From NCBI GenBank assembly GCA_964592255.1, contig CAZQCI010000002.1:1-60480 (forward strand): 60,480 nucleotides of DNA. The letters run 5' to 3'. The stretch's first letter is position 1; every line of letters starts with the position of its first letter. The stretch comes from an uncultured Nitrospiraceae bacterium. GTDB lineage: Bacteria; UBA10199; SBBF01. The notes below the pieces were generated by a model that saw nothing but the letters and a program-made list of their open reading frames with translations, had not been told where the DNA came from and did not search any database. Below, piece by piece: positions 49,431 to 57,302 of this stretch. The position numbers were made by a program, and so were the translations under genes.

Positions 49431-51044
49431 TTATTTAAGGTCAAGAACAGAAAATCCATCAAGTCCATCCGGGCCTAAGTGGGTTTCTCCCCAAAGAGTG
49501 CTGAATTTATCCGAAAACACGTGAAGTATTTTTAATAGGCCTAAATTTCGACTGTTATTTAATAATTTTTCCCATTTGAGAGCCTTTAATTTCATGTTGA
49601 TGTAGCTGAAAAAAACGAATTTATTTTGTCCGTGGTTTAATTCTTGTAATTTTTGATAGCCTGGAAGCGAGAGAGGGTTGTTTTCATTTTTAATCAAGTC
49701 TTGAAGGGCTTGGCTGCCGTTTATTGAAAAAATAAATTGATGATCCAACACTGTGTAAGCTTGCTTGTTGTTTTTAGAAATCCACATTGGTGTTTTGTTG
49801 TCCAGGCTGTGAGTAAAAAAACCGGGTGGTGTTATTTTAGTGAATACAGTAGAAAATTTTTTTTCATCTTTAATGCCTGCAATAAAGTTAGAGGTAAAAT
49901 CTTCTCCTTTTAATTGGCTGATGTAAGCCAATTCTCCTGTTAAATTGTCCCAAATGTCTTTTTGCAGATCAATTTTATATTGGCTTAATTTTTCTGCGGG
50001 GAAATCACGCATGATTTCTCCTTGAGGAAAAACTCCAGCCACTTCATAAGCCAAATCCCATAGCCAACTGATTTGCCCCACTGTGACGGAAGCTGTTTTT
50101 TCAGCATTGGCAAAACGTAGGGAACTGGGAGCAATATTATAAGATGGATTAAACAACTTTTGACCAAGGGTTCCTATGTTGATATGTTTGATATGTCCTT
50201 CACTTATCATTTGGCTGCCTTCTTTACCTAGGCCACGTACCCCGTAAGGTGTTTCTTGAACTAAACCTTGAAAATCAGCAGAGGCCAGCATCATCTTCGG
50301 GTCGCTTAATAACTGAGACCCCAAGCGTTGTAGATTGATGTATGTAAATCCTATGTCCTTATACTTGAGTGATTCCCAGGCTTCTTGATATTGAGGACTA
50401 TGTTCTAAATCTGAAGTGTCATTTTGCAGATTCTCCGAGTTCTTGAGTCGATCAATGGCCCATTTGATATCCGTTTCTTTTAATCCCAATAATAAGAGAC
50501 CTTTTGTCATGCTTAAGAAGTGGGTATGTTCTCCTTTTTTGTAAGTAATAATTTTAGCCTGATGATATTTTTGACTGCTAAAATGAGTTGAATCCAATTT
50601 TTCCAGATCTACCAAAAATCCTAAAGCATTTCCTTCGGCTGTGATTCCAAGGGCAGCGACGCCTTGAAATTGCAATTTTGAATCTTCTTCCGTTTGAGGA
50701 ATTATGATGACAGCTGCAGACCCTGTTAGCCAACGAGACATGTTTTGAATTAGAAACTTAACTTTGCTTTCATCTTTCAAGTTTGTAGTGTAGAAAGAAT
50801 AAGTTTCGAATAGAGCATCGATCAATTTTTGTTGTTCATCCTTATTAAAAATTTCTGAAAGTTCAAACCACGAGATAAAAAGAGTGTTTTTGGGGGCTAA
50901 GTGAAGAATAGTTTTTTTAAAGTCAGCATTGGCGGGCTTTGCCATTTTTGAAAGAAGAAATTGGACCGCAAAAAAACCACTGATGAGAGTGATGACGGAT
51001 GCGATAATGACGATCAACCATTTTTTAGAAAATTGGGGTAACAT
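49431..51044 (-). CDS. Hypothetical membrane-anchored protein (size and architecture reminiscent of DUF3352; unverified)
   Basis: 537 aa with one N-terminal TM helix (WLIVIIASVITLISGFFAV) and a large extracytoplasmic part. Its stop abuts the dgt stop. Confidence 0.6.
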   Translation of the reverse strand: MLPQFSKKWLIVIIASVITLISGFFAVQFLLSKMAKPANADFKKTILHLAPKNTLFISWFELSEIFNKDEQQKLIDALFETYSFYTTNLKDESKVKFLIQNMSRWLTGSAAVIIIPQTEEDSKLQFQGVAALGITAEGNALGFLVDLEKLDSTHFSSQKYHQAKIITYKKGEHTHFLSMTKGLLLLGLKETDIKWAIDRLKNSENLQNDTSDLEHSPQYQEAWESLKYKDIGFTYINLQRLGSQLLSDPKMMLASADFQGLVQETPYGVRGLGKEGSQMISEGHIKHINIGTLGQKLFNPSYNIAPSSLRFANAEKTASVTVGQISWLWDLAYEVAGVFPQGEIMRDFPAEKLSQYKIDLQKDIWDNLTGELAYISQLKGEDFTSNFIAGIKDEKKFSTVFTKITPPGFFTHSLDNKTPMWISKNNKQAYTVLDHQFIFSINGSQALQDLIKNENNPLSLPGYQKLQELNHGQNKFVFFSYINMKLKALKWEKLLNNSRNLGLLKILHVFSDKFSTLWGETHLGPDGLDGFSVLDLK

Positions 51045-51057
51045 AGTTCTTTCTTAG

Positions 51058-51333
51058 TTGACAAAACAACGCCTGATGGAAAAGATGCAAATTATGGCCA
51101 TCAACAACGAGCAAGTCACCCTTTATTTAAATACACCGTTAGTTTCTATCAAGCCCCGTCAAGCGGGGGAAGTGGATATTTTAATCATCAAAGCGAAAGT
51201 GCTGGAGGAAACAGCTTCCGGACTTTTGATTCAGATGAAGGCAGCTGGTAATGAAAAAGCCATGCTTGATAATCTTCCTTTCAAGAAAATTCTCGTCCCT
51301 ACCCATAAAATTGACTTTATTGTAGTGGAATAA
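51058..51333 (+). CDS. Small hypothetical protein (weak call)
   Basis: A 91-aa ORF with a TTG start only 13 nt from a divergent gene start. Internal ATGs lie at 51076, 51085 and 51094. No RBS or family recognised. Confidence 0.3.
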   Translation: MTKQRLMEKMQIMAINNEQVTLYLNTPLVSIKPRQAGEVDILIIKAKVLEETASGLLIQMKAAGNEKAMLDNLPFKKILVPTHKIDFIVVE

Positions 51334-51414
51334 TTTTACTGTCATTGTCGATGCTAACTTATGGCATAGACCGTGGGTGGATTGTGTGTGGTTTACCATG
51401 GTTATTATGGGCCA

Positions 51415-51530
51415 AAATGTATTCAAATTTTTATGATTAAAATTTTAATATTATAAAATAATTAATAATATTAAATATTTATATATTTAAATGTATTCAA
51501 ATGAATACTAAAAATATATTTTAAGCTTGT
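51415..51530. promoter_or_regulatory. Extremely AT-rich tract with a repeated 14-mer and a palindrome, upstream of the HTH/lipoprotein cassette
   Basis: AAATGTATTCAAAT occurs at 51415-51428 and 51489-51502, 74 bp apart. The second copy extends to the palindrome GTATTC-AAAT-GAATAC (51493-51508). The surrounding sequence is almost pure A/T. Confidence 0.4.
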
Positions 51531-51562
51531 GGTCGAACTGGGCTTGGCGCTAAGCTGAAGGT

Positions 51563-52405
51563 ATGAAAGGCCCACTGATCAATCTTTTCGATTATCTGGA
51601 TTATCGACAGTATTTAAGAGACTTCTACAATCATTCCAAAAAAACTCATGCCTCTTTTTCATTTCGGGATTTTTCCAAGAAAGCCGGATTTAAATCGCCT
51701 AATTTTTTAAAATTGGTGATGGAAGGTGACCGGAACCTCACTGAGGACAGTTTGCCTCCTTTCATGACGGGTTTGGGTTTGAACAAGCAAGAGCAGGAAT
51801 TTTTTAGGAATCTTGTTTTTTTCAATCAGGCCAAAAGTCATGAGAGAAAAGATTTTTATTACCAACGTTTATTGCAATCACGGAAATTCGTCGAATTAAA
51901 ACCCATTCACAAAGACCAATATGAGTATTGTTCTGAATGGTATCATTCTGTTGTACGTGAATTGGTAGCCTCATCTAATTTTGATGGAACTCCGGAATGG
52001 GTTTCAAGTCAAATTCATCCTGTTGTTACTCCCGGCCAAGTTCAAAAATCACTCAGTATGTTGGAGAGGCTTAAATTTTTAGAGCGGGACTCAGAGGGTC
52101 GATTGCGTCAGGTTTCAAGCCTGGTGTCTACCGGAGCTGAAGTTACTTCTGTTGACTTGGTCAATTATCATGTGGGCATGCTCGACTTGACTAAAGAAGT
52201 GTTTAATTCCGTCTTACCTCATCACCGTGACGTGTCAGCCCTTACTCTTGGGATCAAAAAAAATCTTCTGCCGGACCTGAAGGAAAAAATAAAGAATTTT
52301 AGGAAGGAGATTTTGGAACTGGTGTCCACTGATCCGGATCCACAGATTGTGATTCAATTGAATATGCAAATGTTTCCACTGACAAAAATTGAAGGGGATT
52401 TATGA
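51563..52405 (+). CDS. TIGR02147/DUF4423-like putative HTH regulator
   Basis: The N-terminal YLDYRQYLRDFYNHSKK...FSFRDFSKKAGFKSPNFLKLVMEGDRNLTEDS matches my recollection of the TIGR02147 paralogous family (Fibrobacter, Bdellovibrio, myxobacteria). Its stop overlaps the next ATG. Confidence 0.6.
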   Translation: MKGPLINLFDYLDYRQYLRDFYNHSKKTHASFSFRDFSKKAGFKSPNFLKLVMEGDRNLTEDSLPPFMTGLGLNKQEQEFFRNLVFFNQAKSHERKDFYYQRLLQSRKFVELKPIHKDQYEYCSEWYHSVVRELVASSNFDGTPEWVSSQIHPVVTPGQVQKSLSMLERLKFLERDSEGRLRQVSSLVSTGAEVTSVDLVNYHVGMLDLTKEVFNSVLPHHRDVSALTLGIKKNLLPDLKEKIKNFRKEILELVSTDPDPQIVIQLNMQMFPLTKIEGDL

Positions 52406-53373
52406 AAAACAATTTTTTAATTCTAGTCCTGTTAATCCTTCTGTCCGCTTTACCAGCTTGTGGTGGCTCTGGTAGTTCCGCAACAGGTGGGAGTGAATTT
52501 GGGAATCCAACGCGTGGACTAACGGGAATAGTGACATCAGGCGCGGGCGGGGCACTGACTAAAGCACTGACGAGTAGTTGCCCGGCCGATTCGGTTATTG
52601 CCACCAATTCTACAGCAGAAACCACTTCTGTGGCCGTCAATGACGATTGCAGTTTCGATTTATCTCTAGAAACGGAAATGGCTTACGTTTTGAGCTTTAC
52701 ACAGGGATCGCAATTTGTGGCGACATTGATTGTGGACAACAATACTGGATTACTTAACACACAAACTATTTATCTTGCTCCGGGGGATACGACGGTTGAT
52801 CTGGGTACTATTGTTATTAGCAACGGACAGGCCACACCGGAACATCAGCCTGCGGAACAAAACGACCGCGATGGAGATGGTATTAATGATTTTGATGATG
52901 ATGACGATGACGACGATGGAATTTCGGATGTGGATGAAACGGATTGTGACTTGGATGGTTTTGAAGATGACGATGATTCTGACAATAGTACTTGTGGCTC
53001 CGGTTCCGGAGGGGGTTCTTCTGGTGGTTCGGGAGGTGCATCCGACACTTCCATTATTCAAGTTTCCCCTTCAGACGGTGCCGAACATGTTTTGTTAACT
53101 GAACAAATATCCGTTCGTCTCAATTGCCCGGTCGATCAATCAACAGTCACCAATGACACTTTTAACGTGAGTTCCGAAACAGACACACTTCTTTGCGACT
53201 TCAACTTTTCAGATTCGGGACAAACTATTGAGTGCCGACACGACTCCCAGGATTTTTTGTCCGATACCGAGTACAGTGTCGTGATTGATGGGATCACCTG
53301 TGAAGATGGTACTCCCATCGCGGCACGTGATTGGTCGTGGAGCACTCAATCCTCAGGGAGCGGGGACGATTAG
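52402..53373 (+). CDS. Lipoprotein with Asp-rich (thrombospondin type-3-like, Ca-binding) repeats and C-terminal Ig-like domain; paralogue 1
   Basis: Lipobox LSALPAC-GGSGSS. DRDGDGINDFDDDDDDDDGISDVDETDCDLDGFEDDDD. C-terminal SbsA/Big_5-like segment (IIQVSPSDGAEHV...VDQSTVTNDTFNV). Confidence 0.75.
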   Translation: MKNNFLILVLLILLSALPACGGSGSSATGGSEFGNPTRGLTGIVTSGAGGALTKALTSSCPADSVIATNSTAETTSVAVNDDCSFDLSLETEMAYVLSFTQGSQFVATLIVDNNTGLLNTQTIYLAPGDTTVDLGTIVISNGQATPEHQPAEQNDRDGDGINDFDDDDDDDDGISDVDETDCDLDGFEDDDDSDNSTCGSGSGGGSSGGSGGASDTSIIQVSPSDGAEHVLLTEQISVRLNCPVDQSTVTNDTFNVSSETDTLLCDFNFSDSGQTIECRHDSQDFLSDTEYSVVIDGITCEDGTPIAARDWSWSTQSSGSGDD

Positions 53374-53409
53374 AATTTTAAAAGTTGTTTCTTAACTGAT
53401 TTTTTTTCG

Positions 53410-53438
53410 GGAGCTGGTTTGGCCGGCAGACCGGCTCC
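53410..53438 (+). other. Intercistronic stem-loop between the two lipoprotein paralogues
   Basis: GGAGCTGGT-(11 nt)-ACCGGCTCC: a 9-bp stem with one G-U pair and no trailing T-run. Lies 30 nt upstream of the second gene's ATG. Confidence 0.35.
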
Positions 53439-53467
53439 TGCGAGAAAATCACATTCAAGGAGGAAGT

Positions 53468-54505
53468 ATGAAGAAATACTCACTCATTTTTCTCGCAGTT
53501 TTGGCATGGGCCGGCTGTGGGGGCAGTAGCGGAAGTATTGGGGGAGGGTCCGGCGGTACCACGGTGACGGGTAATGTGCCTGCGACTCCGGCGGCGCTGG
53601 TTAAAAATGTGACTGCCAGCGCTAATTGTGTGGCGGATACCATTATAGCGACAGATACGACAGGAGCCTCCATTTCGGCAGACATGGAGGATGATTGCTC
53701 GTTTAGTCTTACGCTCTCACTGGATACGTCCTACATATTAAGCCTGGTTTTGAACGGTGATTTTGTGGCCACGCTGATTTATGACAGCGGAATCTCCGGA
53801 TTTACGACGTCGGTCCTTAGAATTGATGGAAGCTCCAGCCTGATTGACTTAGGCCAGCTTACCATCAGCGGAAACGTGGCAACCGTTGGGAATAACCCAA
53901 TGTCTGAGACAGACCAGGATGATGACGGAGATTCTGACTTCACTGATACTGACGACGATAATGACGATATTTCGGATGCCAACGAACCGGATTGCGATCT
54001 GGATGGTATTATCAACGACTATGATGAAGAGAATGATACGTGTGATAATCTGTCATCCGACAACACGGTGGCGCGGGTGACAGAAGTGAAACCACGCAAT
54101 GATCCTCATCCAGAAAGTGGGGAAGATTTGATCGATCTCGACAAAGAAGTAAAAGCCCGTATTTCGTGCGAGATTGACCAGTCAACAGTGACTGCGGACA
54201 CCTTCCGTGTGGAAACAGAAGATATGTCTTCCTCCATTGACTGTTCTTATGAATTTGGAGATTCCGGAGAGACCGGAAATCGTGTCGTATGTAAGCATGA
54301 CAGCGATCCCTTTTTGGTGGATACCACTTATGTGGCTACCATTGATGGGGTAAGATGTCTGGATGGTCGATCGGTCACAGCGGGGACTTGGACCTGGCAT
54401 ACCATGACTTCTGATAGTACGTCAGGTGATGCGGAAGACGAAATCGATGATAGTGAAAGCGATAATGGAGATACGGGTGAAGACGATGGTGATGATGATG
54501 ATTGA
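53468..54505 (+). CDS. Lipoprotein with Asp-rich Ca-binding-type repeats and C-terminal Ig-like domain; paralogue 2
   Basis: AAGGAGGAAG RBS. Lipobox LAWAGC-GGSSGS. Collinear with paralogue 1 along the whole length, with conserved Cys positions. Asp-rich tail. Confidence 0.75.
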   Translation: MKKYSLIFLAVLAWAGCGGSSGSIGGGSGGTTVTGNVPATPAALVKNVTASANCVADTIIATDTTGASISADMEDDCSFSLTLSLDTSYILSLVLNGDFVATLIYDSGISGFTTSVLRIDGSSSLIDLGQLTISGNVATVGNNPMSETDQDDDGDSDFTDTDDDNDDISDANEPDCDLDGIINDYDEENDTCDNLSSDNTVARVTEVKPRNDPHPESGEDLIDLDKEVKARISCEIDQSTVTADTFRVETEDMSSSIDCSYEFGDSGETGNRVVCKHDSDPFLVDTTYVATIDGVRCLDGRSVTAGTWTWHTMTSDSTSGDAEDEIDDSESDNGDTGEDDGDDDD

Positions 54506-54528
54506 AAATAAAATCACTGGGTTCTGTT

Positions 54529-54568
54529 AAAAAAATCCCCTGTCGTCATTTACGGCAGGGGATTTTTA
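54529..54568. terminator. Bidirectional terminator between convergent lipoprotein paralogue 2 and the DUF1302-like gene
   Basis: AAAAAAA-TCCCCTGTCG-TCATTTA-CGGCAGGGGA-TTTTT: a stem with one bulge, an A-run upstream and a T-run downstream. Confidence 0.7.
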
Positions 54569-54646
54569 TTTCCTCCGCTCATACGCTCCGGGATCATTTG
54601 AAATGCCTGGCTTGTTATGAAATTTAGGCCCAGGACTTTCTTGCTG

Positions 54647-55978
54647 TTAATATTGGCGATATTTAATTTTTTGATGAGGAGTATCTTCTTTGCCTTTCAG
54701 GCGAGCTCCAAACGAATATGATAATTTTGTCATGATCGACGAGTTATTTTCAAAGTAAGACAAGGGGGTATTGGGCGAGGATGATTTTAAAATCAACAAA
54801 CCTTCCACATCCAGTTTAAGTTCTTTATAAATTTTAGTGCTCACTTCTAGTTTTCCAATGGTTTCCCGATTGTTTAAATCTTTAATAACCCCTAATTTAA
54901 TTAAAGAGAACAAGGTATTGTTAAAGTCGTATTGCAGCCCCAGAAAGGCATCGTTTTTAAAGGGACGAAAGTCGCGCAAACTGTTTTCGTGATTGTTCTC
55001 GCCTAAATATTCCGCTGTCAGTTTCAAGTCACCTTGACCAATGTTGTGGATGGTATAGTCCACCCCCGGTACAAATTGGATATGGTTAGATGGAATAGCG
55101 TTGTTGTCCTCAAACGAAAGGTCATGAGGCTGGGCATCGTTAAGAGAGGTAATCACGACATTAGTTTCCAGATGAAAGCCCCAATTTTTAACGACACTGG
55201 AAATATTGAGCCCCAGCATTTCTACATCGTAATAAAACGGATTCAAACGTAGTCTACCACGGTCATCCAATACAAACTGAAAAGCGGGGCTTCGTTCTGG
55301 ACCGTGATAATAGTCAAAGGCGATATCTGTATTTTTGATTGTTGTAGAGATTTTAAGAAAAGCCCCTACCGTGTCGATATAATCCGGTTTTTCCTGATCG
55401 GGTAGAGGGGAATAAGGGATACCGCCTGCATTGCCTGCCAATGAAAAACGAGTGTCGTCCTCCGGGAGTGGGGCTTCTTGGAGTAAAGGAAGCACACCCA
55501 ATTGAAAGGTGAGTTGGGACAAAGGCCCCGCTTGATCAATGCTGGCTTGAAAGGTTGTGACCAATTCGCTCAATCGATCTGGGTCGTAATAAAAATCTTC
55601 AAAATCCATCCGGTTGATGATGTCGGTAGGGTTAAAAGCATTGGCGACTCCCCAACGGATCATTTCTAGGCCGGCAGAAAATTCCAAATGGGGGCCGTAA
55701 ATCAAAAAGTAAGCTGCGTTGGGCGTAAAACGGTTGCGGCTGGAATCGAAGAAATCGACTTTGATGCGTGGATCCACTTCCCATTTAAAATTTTTTTCGT
55801 TGTCACCGATAAGGTCGAAATGAAATTCCACTGTTTCGTTGTCGTTGATGGAATAAAGGGACCGGTGCGGAATAAAATCACGGCTTTCATAAGAAAGCCC
55901 GCTGTTATACTGAAGGTAAGCAAAAACCTTGAGCGGGAATAACAGAAAAATTAAAATCAAATAGGGGAGGCGGTTCAT
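54647..55978 (-). CDS. Outer-membrane beta-barrel protein, DUF1302-like
   Basis: The ATG at 55978 (AAGGA RBS) gives the signal peptide MNRLPYLILIFLLFPLKVFA. The IRWGVANAFNPTDIIN motif resembles the conserved WG...NP.D segment of DUF1302. Alternating beta pattern. Confidence 0.6.
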   Translation of the reverse strand: MNRLPYLILIFLLFPLKVFAYLQYNSGLSYESRDFIPHRSLYSINDNETVEFHFDLIGDNEKNFKWEVDPRIKVDFFDSSRNRFTPNAAYFLIYGPHLEFSAGLEMIRWGVANAFNPTDIINRMDFEDFYYDPDRLSELVTTFQASIDQAGPLSQLTFQLGVLPLLQEAPLPEDDTRFSLAGNAGGIPYSPLPDQEKPDYIDTVGAFLKISTTIKNTDIAFDYYHGPERSPAFQFVLDDRGRLRLNPFYYDVEMLGLNISSVVKNWGFHLETNVVITSLNDAQPHDLSFEDNNAIPSNHIQFVPGVDYTIHNIGQGDLKLTAEYLGENNHENSLRDFRPFKNDAFLGLQYDFNNTLFSLIKLGVIKDLNNRETIGKLEVSTKIYKELKLDVEGLLILKSSSPNTPLSYFENNSSIMTKLSYSFGARLKGKEDTPHQKIKYRQY

Positions 55979-56042
55979 TATCCTTAAGTTGACCATGCCT
56001 TGGATTGCTTTTCAACGGATAATTCGGGAGCGGATAATTCAT

Positions 56043-56213
56043 AGATATTTGTGTCACCACTGGTGACACTTTTTGATCATTTTCATAAATCTCATAAAAT
56101 TGTTTCATTCGATAAAGACCTCTTCTGTTAAAACCTTTAAGATCATTAAATTTTTTAGAAAGGTGATTTGCCAATTGTTCAACCACACCAAGACCCCAGT
56201 ATTGCCAATGAGC
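56043..56213 (-). pseudogene. Remnant of a DUF1016/YhcG-type (PDDEXK nuclease) gene
   Basis: Translation ...HWQYWGLGVVEQLANHLSKKFNDLKGFNRRGLYRMKQFYEIYENDQKVSPVVTQIS matches only a short N-proximal stretch of ~350-aa DUF1016 proteins. The nuclease domain is absent and the frame drifts into unrelated sequence. Confidence 0.5.
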
Positions 56214-56215
56214 CT

Positions 56216-56425
56216 TCCTGTGTTCTTAAGGGCAAAGAGTCCCGTGCTTATTGGACCAAAGCCTTGAGTTTGTTGCCTGGGCTTCGTTTTGAATTAGTGA
56301 CCAATTTGGTGGGAGTAGAAAGTATCACCTTGTATTATCAAGGCCCCAGCGGGCTTGCCGCAGAAGTTTTTTATTTTGGCCCGGATAGACGAGTGATTAA
56401 AGCCTATGCGCATTATGAAGTGTAG
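56216..56425 (+). pseudogene. 5'-truncated NTF2/SnoaL-like gene remnant
   Basis: Translation VLKGKESRAYWTKALSLLPGLRFELVTNLVGVESITLYYQGPSGLAAEVFYFGPDRRVIKAYAHY matches the C-terminal two-thirds of ~120-aa NTF2-family proteins. The N-terminal ~40 aa are replaced by the opposing DUF1016 remnant. Confidence 0.45.
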
Positions 56426-56429
56426 AATT

Positions 56430-57302
56430 TTACCTCGCCAACGCGCGTTCTGAAAAATCGGCGTCGGTTAAGCCGGTCCCAATTTTTAAATTTTCCATCG
56501 TCAATTTTGTTTTTTTGTTGGTGAGGTGATTTTCCATGACGATAGTGAAGGGACGGTTGAAGCGGCCGTTAATGACTTGAAAATCAGTAAAAATAGCTGT
56601 TTTTTCCAAACGACTTTTTTTGTCGTAGAAGTCTGCTTTCACTGTTTTGTAAATATCAGTGCGTATCCAAGACACGGTTTTGGAATAACCGGAGTCGGTG
56701 TCCTTAGGGATAGATTCTACCACAAAGCAAGTGGACTCCCCGCAGGCTTCAGTATTTTTGTATTGATAAGAATATTTATCGATGTCGGCAGGGATTAAAT
56801 CTTCAAAACTAAATTCTGATCCGACGAAAGACCCGTTTTTACCGCTTCCGGAAATACGTCGTGTTTTTTGCATGGCGGGCAAATAGAACCATTGATCGTC
56901 ATCCCGGTTTTTGTTTTGGATACTTAAGAGCGCGGTATTTTGAATGTCTGCCGGCTTGATAAAGCGGATGAGCGATTTCTCGCCGTCACTTCCTTTTTTT
57001 TCCAGTTTACGGCTTTCAAATTCTCGTTCGACACTTCCGCCAGAGGAGCTGATGAGGTACATATGTCCGATGGAGCTTTCGTCATGATACCCGTTGTCGA
57101 CATCTTGTTGCTTTTTGGCAATGTCGTAGCCGGATGGGGCCTCTTGGGCTAAAGTCGTTATCGAAAAAAAGAAAAAAGAGAGCAGACAGAAATGTAATAA
57201 AGTTTGAAATATGTCATCCCCGCGAAGGCGGGGATCCATGAGTTCCATTTTTTTCTGGATCCCCGCCTTCGCGGGGATGACAGTTGAAAAAAAATATTTC
57301 AT
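56430..57302 (-). CDS. LolA-like outer-membrane lipoprotein-sorting family protein
   Basis: DDQWFYLPAMQKTRRISGSGKNGSFVGSEFSFEDL is typical of the LolA_like family. The longest ORF is given. Its first ~30 codons (VIPAKAGIQ...DPRLRGDD) are repeat-derived, and alternative ATGs lie at 57248 and 57239 before the hydrophobic signal segment. Confidence 0.7.
   Translation of the reverse strand: MKYFFSTVIPAKAGIQKKMELMDPRLRGDDIFQTLLHFCLLSFFFFSITTLAQEAPSGYDIAKKQQDVDNGYHDESSIGHMYLISSSGGSVEREFESRKLEKKGSDGEKSLIRFIKPADIQNTALLSIQNKNRDDDQWFYLPAMQKTRRISGSGKNGSFVGSEFSFEDLIPADIDKYSYQYKNTEACGESTCFVVESIPKDTDSGYSKTVSWIRTDIYKTVKADFYDKKSRLEKTAIFTDFQVINGRFNRPFTIVMENHLTNKKTKLTMENLKIGTGLTDADFSERALAR
57213..57281. repeat. 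GTCAT-hairpin family repeat: 26/27-bp inverted pair
   Basis: GTCATCCCCGCGAAGGCGGGGATCCA (57213-57238) and CTGGATCCCCGCCTTCGCGGGGATGAC (57255-57281). Differs at one position per arm from the 43.1-kb copy. Confidence 0.85.

Noticed and set aside
52860-52990. GAT/GAC-rich quasi-repetitive DNA, also seen at 53900-54060 and 54420-54505.
   Set aside because: It is neither CRISPR nor a microsatellite. It is in frame and encodes the Asp-rich segments of the two lipoproteins.
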